A program made the position numbers and the translations under genes. This document shows, piece after piece, positions 39,971-49,169 of a DNA stretch of 64,000 bases (positions are counted from its first letter, which is position 1; each line of letters begins with the position of its first letter). The stretch lies in the NCBI GenBank assembly GCA_005790505.1, contig SXUP01000052.1:2490-66489 (forward strand). Direction: 5' to 3'. The notes under the pieces are model-generated. The model was not told the DNA's origin, did not search any database, and worked only from the letters and a program-made list of their open reading frames with translations. Origin of the DNA: Actinomycetota bacterium (GTDB lineage: Bacteria; Actinomycetota; Acidimicrobiia; Acidimicrobiales; Ilumatobacteraceae).

Positions 39971-40741
39971 CTATTTCTTTGAGATTTTTGCTTGCAACGC
40001 AGCGATGCGTTCGGCAAACCAAGGCTGACGTGTACTCCACACTTGTGGGTCAAGTTCTCGCGCAACGGCATTGGGATGTGTCCGCACATCTGCCATGTCC
40101 TGGATAGTTTTCTTCACGCTCTCCAGTAAATCCCGTGGGGCTTGGGCTGCTTTTGTTGCCATGCGTTGTGCTTCGGCGAGCAACTCATCATCTAGCACAC
40201 ATTTCCAAACCAGACCCGCGCGCTCTGCTTGCGCTCCGTCAAGAATTTCACCAAACACCACTGTTGCAAAAGTTGTTTGGGGTCCAGCGAGTCGTCGAAG
40301 CATCCACGTATGGCCGCCGCCGGGATGAATTCCGATTTGTAAAAAACGTGTATCAAATTTGGCACGTTGAGCAGCGATACGAAGGTCGCAACACAGCGCC
40401 ATGTTCATGCCAGCACCGACCGCTGCCCCATTGACAGCTGCAATTGTTGGCAGTGGACTACGGGCGATACGCAAGAACCCTTCATAAATACGGCCCAAAC
40501 TTGTTCCGTCGGCTTCAGCAAGATTTCCCAAATCTGCTCCCGCACAGAATGCCGAACCTGCTCCGGTCACCACAATTGCGCCAATGCTGCGGTCAGCCTC
40601 AATGCGATCCATAGCCGACACAATGTCGTCCACCATCGGGGCTGTCAACGTATTGCGGGCTTCTGGATTATTTAACGTAAGTGTGGCCACCCCTTGGGCA
40701 ACTGAAACAAGGACAAGACTCATTGCTTGATTCTGACACAA
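39971..40741 (-). CDS. enoyl-CoA hydratase/isomerase family protein
   Basis: VATLTLNNPEARNTL, VVTGAGSAFCAGADL, AAVNGAAVGAGMNMALCCD. The start could instead be the ATG at 40723. Confidence 0.85.
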   Translation of the reverse strand: MCQNQAMSLVLVSVAQGVATLTLNNPEARNTLTAPMVDDIVSAMDRIEADRSIGAIVVTGAGSAFCAGADLGNLAEADGTSLGRIYEGFLRIARSPLPTIAAVNGAAVGAGMNMALCCDLRIAAQRAKFDTRFLQIGIHPGGGHTWMLRRLAGPQTTFATVVFGEILDGAQAERAGLVWKCVLDDELLAEAQRMATKAAQAPRDLLESVKKTIQDMADVRTHPNAVARELDPQVWSTRQPWFAERIAALQAKISKK

Positions 40742-40767
40742 CAGGCGCTCTCGCCTACCGTTGCATC

Positions 40768-41562
40768 ATGACAACACAACCACCTAGCGACGTCGTGCTC
40801 TTTGAAGTCAGCCAACGAATCGCCACAATCACTATCAACAGACCAGCCGCCAGAAACGCACTCAGCAGTGAGGTCTTGCGACTACTCCCCTTCTTCATGA
40901 AACAAGCCGATGCCGATGATGCTGTCGATGTGATTGTGCTCACCGGAGCCGACCCAGCCTTTTGTGCAGGACTTGATCTCAAAGAACTTGGTGATACTGG
41001 TGCAAACCTGGGGGGAACGGGCGCGGATGGCACGCCAAATGTTGACGGGGTGCGCGGGCCTTTTCCGTTTATCACCAAGCCACTGATCGCAGCGGTGAAC
41101 GGCGTGGCTGTCACTGGCGGTTTTGAACTGGCTTTGAATGCAGACTTTATTATCGCTTCAGAACATGCCAAGTTTGGTGACACGCATGCTCGAGTAGGCG
41201 TGATGCCCGGATGGGGGCTCACGGTTTTGCTGCCCCAAGCCATCGGGGTTCGCCGTGCCCGTGAAATGAGTTTTACCGGAAACTTCATGGATGCTCAAGA
41301 AGCTCTCTCGTTGGGACTTGTCAATCATGTTGTCTCGCACTCAGAACTGATGCCCTTTACCCGCAAAATTGCCACCGATATTATCGGCAACGAACAAGAT
41401 GGTGTGCGACAAATTCGTCGCACTTACGCTTCTAATAATGCCGAGGTTGAAAAATGGAAAAACGAAGCAACCGATGCCCAATCTTGGCGCCGAGCAACTT
41501 TTGATCCCGAAACCGTTGCCAAGCGCCGTGCCCACATAATGGAACGGGGGCGCACTCAGTAA
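40768..41562 (+). CDS. enoyl-CoA hydratase/isomerase family protein
   Basis: IATITINRPAARNAL, VLTGADPAFCAGLDL, AAVNGVAVTGGFELALNAD. Start set at the ATG at 40768. Confidence 0.85.
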   Translation: MTTQPPSDVVLFEVSQRIATITINRPAARNALSSEVLRLLPFFMKQADADDAVDVIVLTGADPAFCAGLDLKELGDTGANLGGTGADGTPNVDGVRGPFPFITKPLIAAVNGVAVTGGFELALNADFIIASEHAKFGDTHARVGVMPGWGLTVLLPQAIGVRRAREMSFTGNFMDAQEALSLGLVNHVVSHSELMPFTRKIATDIIGNEQDGVRQIRRTYASNNAEVEKWKNEATDAQSWRRATFDPETVAKRRAHIMERGRTQ

Positions 41563-41577
41563 GCACCTGCTATAGCT

Positions 41578-41949
41578 CTAGCGTTTGCGCTCCGCTTGGG
41601 CGTGTACTTCGATTCCTCCGCGAGGTCGCTGAGTCAATTGCACTGTGACTGACCCCGCTTTGGCGGTATTCATTATTTCGTTAGCGATTTCTGCAGCGAG
41701 GGCTTCGGCAAAGACTGCCCGATCGCGAAACCCCCACAAATATAATTTTAAAGATTTTGATTCAACACACCATTGGTCAGGGGTGTACTCAATCACGAGA
41801 TGGGAAACATCTGGTTGGGACGTCACGGGGCAAATTGACGATAACTCATCAGTGGTAAAGCGAACCAAGGTCACATCCCTTGGTGCGGGGAAAACCTCTA
41901 CGTGGTCAATTGGGTGACGAACAGTTGCGCCAAGGACAGTCAGTTCCAT
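41578..41949 (-). CDS. queF: NADPH-dependent 7-cyano-7-deazaguanine (preQ0) reductase QueF, type I
   Basis: Catalytic Cys context SICPVTSQPD and the QueF motif ESKSLKLYLW. Start set at MELTV (41949); the longer track ORF overlaps the upstream kinase. Confidence 0.85.
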   Translation of the reverse strand: MELTVLGATVRHPIDHVEVFPAPRDVTLVRFTTDELSSICPVTSQPDVSHLVIEYTPDQWCVESKSLKLYLWGFRDRAVFAEALAAEIANEIMNTAKAGSVTVQLTQRPRGGIEVHAQAERKR

Positions 41950-41969
41950 GCCCTTAAGCGTAGAGGCGA

Positions 41970-43046
41970 CTATTGCAATTCTGCCGGAATCAGACCCCGA
42001 AGTGACACCATCGGGCGAGGCCCAACATGGGAGATGACTTCTGCCGCAGCAATCGCTCCAAGGCGTCCACAAGCCTCAAGCCCATAACCACTGGTGTACC
42101 CATACAGAAATCCAGCCGCAAACAAATCACCTGCTCCGGTGGTGTCTATAACCTCTGCCACGGGCGAAGCATCAACTCGGTATTCTTGTGTTCTGGTGAC
42201 AATGACGGCGCCTTTTTCAGAACGCGTGATCACTGCAATCTGACACTCATTACGCAACTGATTGAGAGCGTCTTCAAAGGCGTTAACTTGATAGAGCGAA
42301 AGAAGTTCCACCTCATTGGCAAACAGTAGGTCGATTTCGTCTTTCACTAATGAGCGAAAGTCCTCCCGATGTCGATCAACACAAAATGCATCGCTCAAGG
42401 TCAAAGACACCAGTCGACCGTGCTCGTGCGCCATGCCTGCTGCCCGACGAAATGCCTTTTTGGCTTCGTCACGATCAAACAAATATCCCTCTAGATATAA
42501 AATTGCTCCGTCGCTGATAATGGCTTCATCAAGATCATTCAATGTCAGTTGTGTCGAGATTCCCAAGAACGTATTCATCGTGCGCTGGGCATCTGGCGTG
42601 ACAGCGATTATGCATCTTCCCGTTGGGAGCGACCCTTGGGCATCGCCACTATGAAACTGTACGCCGATTTCTTCCATATCGCGAGCAAAAATATCACCAA
42701 CAGCGTCTTTAGCTACTTTTCCAACGAAAGCAACATTGCCACCAAAGCTGGCGATTCCAGCAACGGTGTTGGCTGCAGAGCCACCACTTGTTTCGGTGGC
42801 AGGACCGATTGCTTCATACAGCGCAATTGCCTGATCGGTATCAATGAGCGCCATTGCCCCTTTGAATAAATTGTGATCAATCAAAAATGCATCATCAACT
42901 CGGGCAATGACATCAACAAGCGCATTTCCAATTCCAACGACATGATGTTTGACACGTTCGGAATTTTTTAAACCCTGTATTGCTGGGATCGAAAGAAAGT
43001 TTGTAGGCACGGCTAAGTACCGTAGCAAGCAGGCTGGAGTTCCCAC
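41970..43046 (-). CDS. pfkB-family carbohydrate/nucleoside kinase (adenosine-kinase-like)
   Basis: VVGIGNALVDV, GGSAANT, DTTGAGDLFAAGFLYG. Start is uncertain (ATG at 43046 or GTG at 43010). Confidence 0.8.
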   Translation of the reverse strand: MGTPACLLRYLAVPTNFLSIPAIQGLKNSERVKHHVVGIGNALVDVIARVDDAFLIDHNLFKGAMALIDTDQAIALYEAIGPATETSGGSAANTVAGIASFGGNVAFVGKVAKDAVGDIFARDMEEIGVQFHSGDAQGSLPTGRCIIAVTPDAQRTMNTFLGISTQLTLNDLDEAIISDGAILYLEGYLFDRDEAKKAFRRAAGMAHEHGRLVSLTLSDAFCVDRHREDFRSLVKDEIDLLFANEVELLSLYQVNAFEDALNQLRNECQIAVITRSEKGAVIVTRTQEYRVDASPVAEVIDTTGAGDLFAAGFLYGYTSGYGLEACGRLGAIAAAEVISHVGPRPMVSLRGLIPAELQ

Positions 43047-43070
43047 CGTCTCTCGGGCTAATCTGCGCCC

Positions 43071-44288
43071 ATGTCTTTGCTTCCGGCTAGCGCGACACGG
43101 GATGCAAGACTTCTTCTTGCCACTCGCGGAATACGCGCATTTGTCGATGGAACGGTATATGTCATCTTGCCTGCATTTTTATTACAGCTCGGTTTCAGCG
43201 GGGTCCAAATTGGATCCATCATCGCCTCGTCACTACTAGGTTCTGGCGCCCTTACGTTGGCCACGGGCTATAGGGCACACCACTTTACGCCCTCCCAACT
43301 CTTGTTTGCCTCAACGTTTGTCATGATCACGACTGGAATCTGTTTTGGCCTTAGTTCGCCATTTCTCTTGCTCGTCATTATTGCCGCAATCGGCACCATG
43401 AATCCGAGCGCTGGCGACGTCAGTCCGTTTCTTCCCCTTGAACAATCCCTTCTTTCTCTATCAATCACAAATTCAGATCGCACCGCAATGTTTGCCACAT
43501 ACAACATGGTCGGCTCACTTGTGGGCGCTGTCGGCGCGCTGTGCGCTGGCATCCCAATCTGGATTGCAGAACGGACTGGCCATAGTGCCCAATTTGGTCA
43601 TCGGACAAGTTTCATCATGTATGGAGTCTCAGGGTTTGCTCTGCTGATTTTATATTCGCGGCTTTCAACTGCGTCTCGTCATGTCGTCACCAAGACTGAT
43701 CGCACACTGAGCCCAAGTTCACAACGAATCGTGTTTAAACTTGCAGCCCTTTTTAGCCTGGACTCCCTGGGTGGCGGATTCGCCACCCAGGCGATCTTTG
43801 CATTGTGGGTATACAAGCGGTTTGATCTCTCAAGTTCGACTCTTGGGGTCATCTTTTTTGCAACAGGTGTTTTGTCGGCCATCTCATCGCTCCTCGCTGT
43901 TCGCATTTCTCGAAGAATTGGTCTTGTCCGCACGATGGTTTTTACGCACATCCCCGCCAGCGTCTTATTGATTGGTGTCGCTTTTATGCCCACTGTCTGG
44001 TGGGCAATGGCGTTATTTATTTTGCGGGGTCTTCTTTCGCAAATGGATGTACCTGTTCGAACCAGCTATGTCATGGCCGTCGTCCAGCCATCTGAGCGTG
44101 CGGCGGCAGCGAGCATCACAAACGTGCCGCGTAGTTTGGCGTCTGCACTTCCACCTATTGCCGCAGGGTGGATGCTCGATGAGTCGCATTTTGCCTGGCC
44201 GTTTTTGATTTGTGCCGCATTTAAAATTATTTATGATCTGCTGCTGCTATGGCAGTTCAGAAATGTTCGCCCACCCGAAGAACAGTAG
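43071..44288 (+). CDS. MFS transporter
   Basis: 405 aa with about 12 hydrophobic helices in a two-half arrangement. Divergent from the kinase gene. Confidence 0.7.
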   Translation: MSLLPASATRDARLLLATRGIRAFVDGTVYVILPAFLLQLGFSGVQIGSIIASSLLGSGALTLATGYRAHHFTPSQLLFASTFVMITTGICFGLSSPFLLLVIIAAIGTMNPSAGDVSPFLPLEQSLLSLSITNSDRTAMFATYNMVGSLVGAVGALCAGIPIWIAERTGHSAQFGHRTSFIMYGVSGFALLILYSRLSTASRHVVTKTDRTLSPSSQRIVFKLAALFSLDSLGGGFATQAIFALWVYKRFDLSSSTLGVIFFATGVLSAISSLLAVRISRRIGLVRTMVFTHIPASVLLIGVAFMPTVWWAMALFILRGLLSQMDVPVRTSYVMAVVQPSERAAAASITNVPRSLASALPPIAAGWMLDESHFAWPFLICAAFKIIYDLLLLWQFRNVRPPEEQ

Positions 44289-45980
44289 TCAGCGAGAGAT
44301 GGCCTTCAGCACGCCTTTGGTGACCAACTGTGCCAGTTCACGCTTCAAGAATTTGCCGGCGGCGTTGCGGGGCAATGCTTCGTTCATGATCACTACGTGT
44401 GCCGGAACTTTGTAAGAGGCAATCTTGCCATCTAGCAATTTCCAAACATCTGTCGCCCCAAAAACAGCACCAACGTTTGGCCAGATCGCCACTGCGACCT
44501 CTTCACCAAGTCGCTCATGCGGCACGCCGAAGACGGCGACTTCATGTACACCTGGATGTTCGTAAATCGCACTTTCAATTTCGGCACAGAAAATATTCTC
44601 ACCGCCTCGCAGGATCATGTCCTTGATTCGGTCCTCCACAAAAACAAAACCTTCAGCATCAATGCGCCCCGCATCCCCGGATCGCAACCAACCATCAACG
44701 ATTGTTTCTGCGGTGGCATCTGGCCTGTTCCAGTAACCACGAATCAGCATCGGCCCGAAGAACCAAATCTCGCCGCGCTCCCCTACCGGCAATGCTCGAC
44801 CTGCTTCGTCTCGCACTTCTACTTTCATTGGCGGTACCCAACGACCTGTACTTGTGGGGCGATCAATGTAGTCCTGACCACGGTTTCCTGGACCAAAGGC
44901 GTTCGTCTCTGTCATGCCATACCCCAATTGAGGGCTTCCACTTTTCACACTGTTTGACACTTTTGCCACAAGGGATGCTGGAGCAGGCGCACCACCACCG
45001 CCCACTGCGCGCAAAGACGATGTATCAAACTCTCCAAATCGTGGATGGTTTACCAAATCCCAACTTTGAGTCGGAACACCGATAAACGCAGTGATCTGTT
45101 CGTCCTGAATAATCTGTAGCGCTTTTTCAGGATCCCACTTGTACATGATTACAAGCTTCAATCCAGCCACAAAACACCCCAACATCACCGCCACGCAACC
45201 CGTGACATGAAACAGCGGCACAATCAAAATAAATGACATTGGAAGATCATCTTTGGGGGCATCGTCAACACGCAGAGCATCAACAGCGCCGCGAGCCGAA
45301 AAGGCCAACAGCGCGCTTATTAGGGCGCGGTGCGTTGACACGGCGCCTTTGGGATGGCCTGTCGTGCCCGATGTATACAAAATCGTCGCATCATCATCAA
45401 GGTCAATATCTGCTCCGGGATGGGCAACGCCAATCGTCAGAACATCGTCCCATTCATCAACATCAGGTCCAACTTCGCGCTCTGCACGAATCAAAAGCAT
45501 TCGAACACCTCGGGTACTGCAACTCTTGTGCGCCAGGTCAAGGCGCTGTTGATCGGCGATCAGCACGACCGCGCCACAGTCGCCTAGGGCAAAATCAATC
45601 TCTTCTTCTGTCCACCATGAATTCATTGACACAGAAATCGCTCCGACAGAAATGATGGCGGCAAACGACACAATCCACTCGGGATAATTGCGCATCGATA
45701 CAGCGACTCGGTCACCCTTTTTCACCCCATATGTATGAACGAGTGCAAAAGAAAGTGCATCAACTTGTTGCATGACCTGGGCAAAAGTCCATGTTTGACC
45801 CTCATAAACAATAAAAGTCTTGTCGCCATATCCTCTGGCGGCATCAAAAAGTTGCCCCAAATGTTGGGGTGTATTTTTGAACACTTCCATCTCAATGCCT
45901 CGCACAATGGCTGTGGTCAGCTCGAGCCGCGTTCCTGGTTCGTAAACAACGTTGATGGCTTGCTCAAATGTTAATGCCAT
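44289..45980 (-). CDS. AMP-dependent acyl-CoA synthetase/ligase
   Basis: AMP-binding motif ILYTSGTTGHPKGA, GYGMTET, and ...GWLRSGD...VEDRIKDMI.... Confidence 0.85.
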   Translation of the reverse strand: MALTFEQAINVVYEPGTRLELTTAIVRGIEMEVFKNTPQHLGQLFDAARGYGDKTFIVYEGQTWTFAQVMQQVDALSFALVHTYGVKKGDRVAVSMRNYPEWIVSFAAIISVGAISVSMNSWWTEEEIDFALGDCGAVVLIADQQRLDLAHKSCSTRGVRMLLIRAEREVGPDVDEWDDVLTIGVAHPGADIDLDDDATILYTSGTTGHPKGAVSTHRALISALLAFSARGAVDALRVDDAPKDDLPMSFILIVPLFHVTGCVAVMLGCFVAGLKLVIMYKWDPEKALQIIQDEQITAFIGVPTQSWDLVNHPRFGEFDTSSLRAVGGGGAPAPASLVAKVSNSVKSGSPQLGYGMTETNAFGPGNRGQDYIDRPTSTGRWVPPMKVEVRDEAGRALPVGERGEIWFFGPMLIRGYWNRPDATAETIVDGWLRSGDAGRIDAEGFVFVEDRIKDMILRGGENIFCAEIESAIYEHPGVHEVAVFGVPHERLGEEVAVAIWPNVGAVFGATDVWKLLDGKIASYKVPAHVVIMNEALPRNAAGKFLKRELAQLVTKGVLKAISR

Positions 45981-46007
45981 TGCAGGTGCTCCTTATAGTG
46001 TGCCGAG

Positions 46008-46080
46008 TGGAGCTGAGGGGAATTGAACCCCTGACCTCTACATTGCGAACGTAGCGCTCTGCCAACTGAGCTACAGCCCC
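46008..46080 (-). tRNA. tRNA-Ala (anticodon CGC), CCA not encoded
   Basis: The reverse strand reads ggggctgtagctcagttggcagagcg-ctacg-ttCGCaa-tgtag-aggtc-aggggttcaattcccc-tcagctcca. The G3:U70 alanine identity pair is present. Confidence 0.85.
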
Positions 46081-46196
46081 GAAACAACCTTCGTCAGGCT
46101 AGTCGTGGCAACTCTTGTCCCACCAGCCCACGATAAAAACTATGGGTTATTAAAAAGAGCGGAAGGGTTGCACTGCAACACCGATTCTTGGGCCGG

Positions 46197-46703
46197 TTAT
46201 GCGGCGCGACGTCGTCGTGAGTTTTGATACTGACGCACGGTTGCTGCCGAACGAATCTGAACCAGCAGATAGCAATAGCCAACAAGGGACACGACGGCTA
46301 CGGCAAAAAACCAAATCATCGCGGCTGAACCAGTGGTAAAGGCCAAGAACAAAGACACACCATTGGCGCCAATAAGTGCAAAGAGCACATTTGTGCGGCG
46401 GCGGCGAACGATTGCCGCAGTTGACATGTAAGCCATTTCAGGAGAATTGGGTGAATTCGTAGCCTCAGGTCGGGCACGCATGATGGGTCGTAAGTGGGCT
46501 GGGGTCGGGGCCAGAGGTCGGCTCATCGCTCGTAGTGGTTCTTGCCCCCGAAGTGGACTCTGCGTACGTTGCAATGTGTACAACTGGCGACGAAAATCCG
46601 ACACCGAAGAAACGGGACGGGAGTCAATGCGTGAACGAAACAGCGGAGGCAAGAGAACAGCCATCCAGGCAGCGCCGACAATCAAAAGGATCAACTGGCT
46701 CAT
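46197..46703 (-). CDS. hypothetical membrane protein (N-terminal TM, disordered Arg/Pro-rich middle, two C-terminal TMs); possibly GlpR/Rv0996-like
   Basis: LILLIVGAAWMAVLLPPLF then RSRIDSRPVSSVSDFRRQLYTLQR, later RRRRTNVLFALIGANGVSLFLAF and MIWFFAVAVVSLVGYCYLLV. Confidence 0.5.
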   Translation of the reverse strand: MSQLILLIVGAAWMAVLLPPLFRSRIDSRPVSSVSDFRRQLYTLQRTQSPLRGQEPLRAMSRPLAPTPAHLRPIMRARPEATNSPNSPEMAYMSTAAIVRRRRTNVLFALIGANGVSLFLAFTTGSAAMIWFFAVAVVSLVGYCYLLVQIRSAATVRQYQNSRRRRAA

Positions 46704-46832
46704 AAGACCCCATTACCCTACAATGGAAAATCCCCAATGGCGATGATTTGGCCTTTTGGGGGATACTTTTACACAGCCTGTGGACAGCGCAAACCTTGTT
46801 GAGGTATGGGTTTCATCAAGCAACTGAGGATT

Positions 46833-47321
46833 TTAAGAAATGTTGCCCACACGCTGATATCGACCTGAGCGGCCACCAGTTTTTTCCCACAATGCCAGAT
46901 TCTCAATGGTCATTGCCCGATCAGCACTCTTGCACATGTCATAAACCGTCAGGGCTGCCGTGGCACAGGCATGGAGTGCTTCCATCTCTACACCTGTTCG
47001 GTCGACTGCTTCGACACACACCTCAATGCCAATAAAATCTTCTCCCATTTCAAAATCCACCGACACCGAACTAATCATCAAGGGATGACAAAGCGGGATC
47101 ATGTCGCTAGTGCGCTTGGCAGCTTGAATTCCGGCCACCCTTGCCACAGCCAACACATCACCTTTTTTCATTTCACGATTAGCGACTGCTTGAACGGTGG
47201 CAGCGGTCATGGTTACCGTGCAACGTGCGACGGCACGTCGATGAGTCGGCTCTTTCGGAGTGACATCCACCATGTGGGCGTGACCGTTTTGGTCAAGATG
47301 GTTGAAGGTGCTGTCGGTCAT
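46833..47321 (-). CDS. moaC: cyclic pyranopterin monophosphate synthase MoaC
   Basis: HMVDVTPKEPTHRRAVA, KGDVLAVARVAGIQAAKRTSDMIPLCHPL, GVEMEALHA. Confidence 0.9.
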   Translation of the reverse strand: MTDSTFNHLDQNGHAHMVDVTPKEPTHRRAVARCTVTMTAATVQAVANREMKKGDVLAVARVAGIQAAKRTSDMIPLCHPLMISSVSVDFEMGEDFIGIEVCVEAVDRTGVEMEALHACATAALTVYDMCKSADRAMTIENLALWEKTGGRSGRYQRVGNIS

Positions 47322-48112
47322 GACTCAATCGTACTTGTCAATAGTGGCCGACGCCACGGGAAATTTGGCGCTCGCCGAGAAGCAAAAGCCTCAAGACCTT
47401 GTGCCAATTCACCAGATGCGTTGACCTCTGCTTCCCAGACTGCTTGCGTTGATTCCAGGACTAGACCGTGAGCCATGATCTCGGCAACCATTTGTTTTGT
47501 CGCTACTTGGGTAAGTTGAGATTGCTCCATTATTTGAGCCAGTAGTTTCTCAAGTCGGGCATCAAGTGCATTGGACTCATGCACTTCATCCACCAGTCCA
47601 ATGCGCTCAGCCGCAATGGACTCAATTAATTCAGCAGTAAACATCAAGCGTTTGGCATTTGATGGTCCGATTATGTGCACCAATCGCGTCAGGGCATTTG
47701 TCGGGTACACGATGCCCAACTTCGCTGGGGTGATTCCAAATTGAGATGTTGTGTCACAGATGCGAACATCACATGCCGTTGCAATACTGACACCCCCACC
47801 GACACAGTTCCCCCGAATAAAGGCAATCGTGGGCACAGGAAAATTTGCCAACGCTTCTTCTGCCCGCCAGTTTGCTTGGCCATAAGCGCCACCGATGCCA
47901 CCTGCTAGCCCTGAAATATCGGCGCCCGCACAGAAATGCTCACCTGCGCCACGCACTACTAAAACACGAACATCAACGCACTCAGCAAGCTTTACAAGTT
48001 CATCTCCGAGTTCTTGCCACATCTCAAATGTGATGGCGTTGCGTTTTTCAGGTCTGTTCAAGACAAGCGTCGCAACACCAGCATGAGCCCGTATTTCTAT
48101 CCCGCTAGACAT
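47318..48112 (-). CDS. enoyl-CoA hydratase/isomerase family protein, embedded between moaA and moaC
   Basis: VATLVLNRPEKRNAIT, VVRGAGEHFCAGADI, IRGNCVGGGVSIATACD. The ATG at 48110-48112 is 2 nt after the moaA stop, and its stop overlaps the moaC start. Confidence 0.8.
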   Translation of the reverse strand: MSSGIEIRAHAGVATLVLNRPEKRNAITFEMWQELGDELVKLAECVDVRVLVVRGAGEHFCAGADISGLAGGIGGAYGQANWRAEEALANFPVPTIAFIRGNCVGGGVSIATACDVRICDTTSQFGITPAKLGIVYPTNALTRLVHIIGPSNAKRLMFTAELIESIAAERIGLVDEVHESNALDARLEKLLAQIMEQSQLTQVATKQMVAEIMAHGLVLESTQAVWEAEVNASGELAQGLEAFASRRAPNFPWRRPLLTSTIES

Positions 48113-48114
48113 CG

Positions 48115-49134
48115 TTAGCCGCCGATTTGACTCATGCTGCGATTGGGGCGAATGAAATTCACTTGCCCGATCTGGTGACCTGCCCACTTTGTTCCAACAG
48201 CATGGCGGATCAGATCGGCAATTTCTTCATCGGTCCCGCCGTTGCGCAGGACGGCACGCACATCGAACTCTGTCGTTGAAAAAAGACACGTTCGAAACTG
48301 TCCGTCGGCAGTGATGCGCACTCGGTCGCAGTCGGCACAAAATGGCTTCGTCACCGAAGGAATGACACCCACCACTCCCTTGCCATCAAGATAGCGCCAC
48401 CTGTCTGCAGGCGCAGCGCCACGCGCCGACATCTGCTCGAGGGGATACACCGCACTTATTGCGGCCACAATCTCGTCTTGACTTACAACTTTTTTCATAC
48501 CCCACTCTTTGGTTGCGTCAAGCGGCATGAACTCAATGAATCGCACCTCTACCCCCGTGTCGCGACCAAAAGTGGCAAGCCCCACGATTTCGTCGTCGTT
48601 GGTTCCGCGTTCAATAACCGCGTTGAGTTTGATTGGAGAAAATCCGGCCTCTTGGGCAACCTTGATTCCGTCAAGCACATTTTCTAATTCGTCTCGTCTC
48701 GTCATTTGCTCAAATCTTTGGCGATGCAATGAATCAAGACTGACATTGATGCGGCTCAAGCCGGCTGCCTTAAGTTCGTAGGCAATGTGGCGCAAGGTTG
48801 ACGCATTTGTAGTCAACGCAATGTCTGGTTGCTGGCCGGCAAACTCAGATGATGATGTTGACGGAACTCGCAATTTGGCCAACTTCTCAATCAGGACCGA
48901 GAGATGTGCCCGAACCGTTGGTTCTCCACCCGTGAGACGCAAACTCTCGATCTCAAAATGCTCAACACAAATTCGAGCGACTCTTTCAAGTTCTTCGAAA
49001 CTCAAGATCTCACTGCGGTCCAGCCACACCATTCCTTCGGCCGGCATGCAATAGGTGCACCGAAAATTACAGCGATCAGTAACCGAAATGCGCAAGTCGC
49101 GTACGGTTCGCCCAAAAGAGTCAATCAGTTCCAC
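48115..49134 (-). CDS. moaA: GTP 3',8-cyclase MoaA (radical SAM)
   Basis: LRISVTDRCNFRCTYCMP, LTGGEPT, and a C-terminal CxxCxR-type cluster region FCADCDRVRITADG. Confidence 0.9.
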   Translation of the reverse strand: MELIDSFGRTVRDLRISVTDRCNFRCTYCMPAEGMVWLDRSEILSFEELERVARICVEHFEIESLRLTGGEPTVRAHLSVLIEKLAKLRVPSTSSSEFAGQQPDIALTTNASTLRHIAYELKAAGLSRINVSLDSLHRQRFEQMTRRDELENVLDGIKVAQEAGFSPIKLNAVIERGTNDDEIVGLATFGRDTGVEVRFIEFMPLDATKEWGMKKVVSQDEIVAAISAVYPLEQMSARGAAPADRWRYLDGKGVVGVIPSVTKPFCADCDRVRITADGQFRTCLFSTTEFDVRAVLRNGGTDEEIADLIRHAVGTKWAGHQIGQVNFIRPNRSMSQIGG

Positions 49135-49169
49135 ATTGCCAGCCTAGGCACTGCCATTGAAGTTAGAAC

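Noticed and set aside
46008-46080. tRNA-Ala as the attachment site of an integrative element.
   Set aside because: No integrase, excisionase or phage/ICE genes occur on either side, and I did not spot a duplicated copy of the tRNA 3' end. It is retained only as a boundary note in the accessory-block finding.
49135-49169. A Moco riboswitch upstream of moaA or moeA, and a cyclic-di-AMP (ydaO-type) riboswitch upstream of the DPBB/Rpf-slot gene at 6362.
   Set aside because: The available leaders are only 35 nt (moaA), 63 nt shared with a divergent gene (moeA) and 9 nt (6362). These are too short for such elements.
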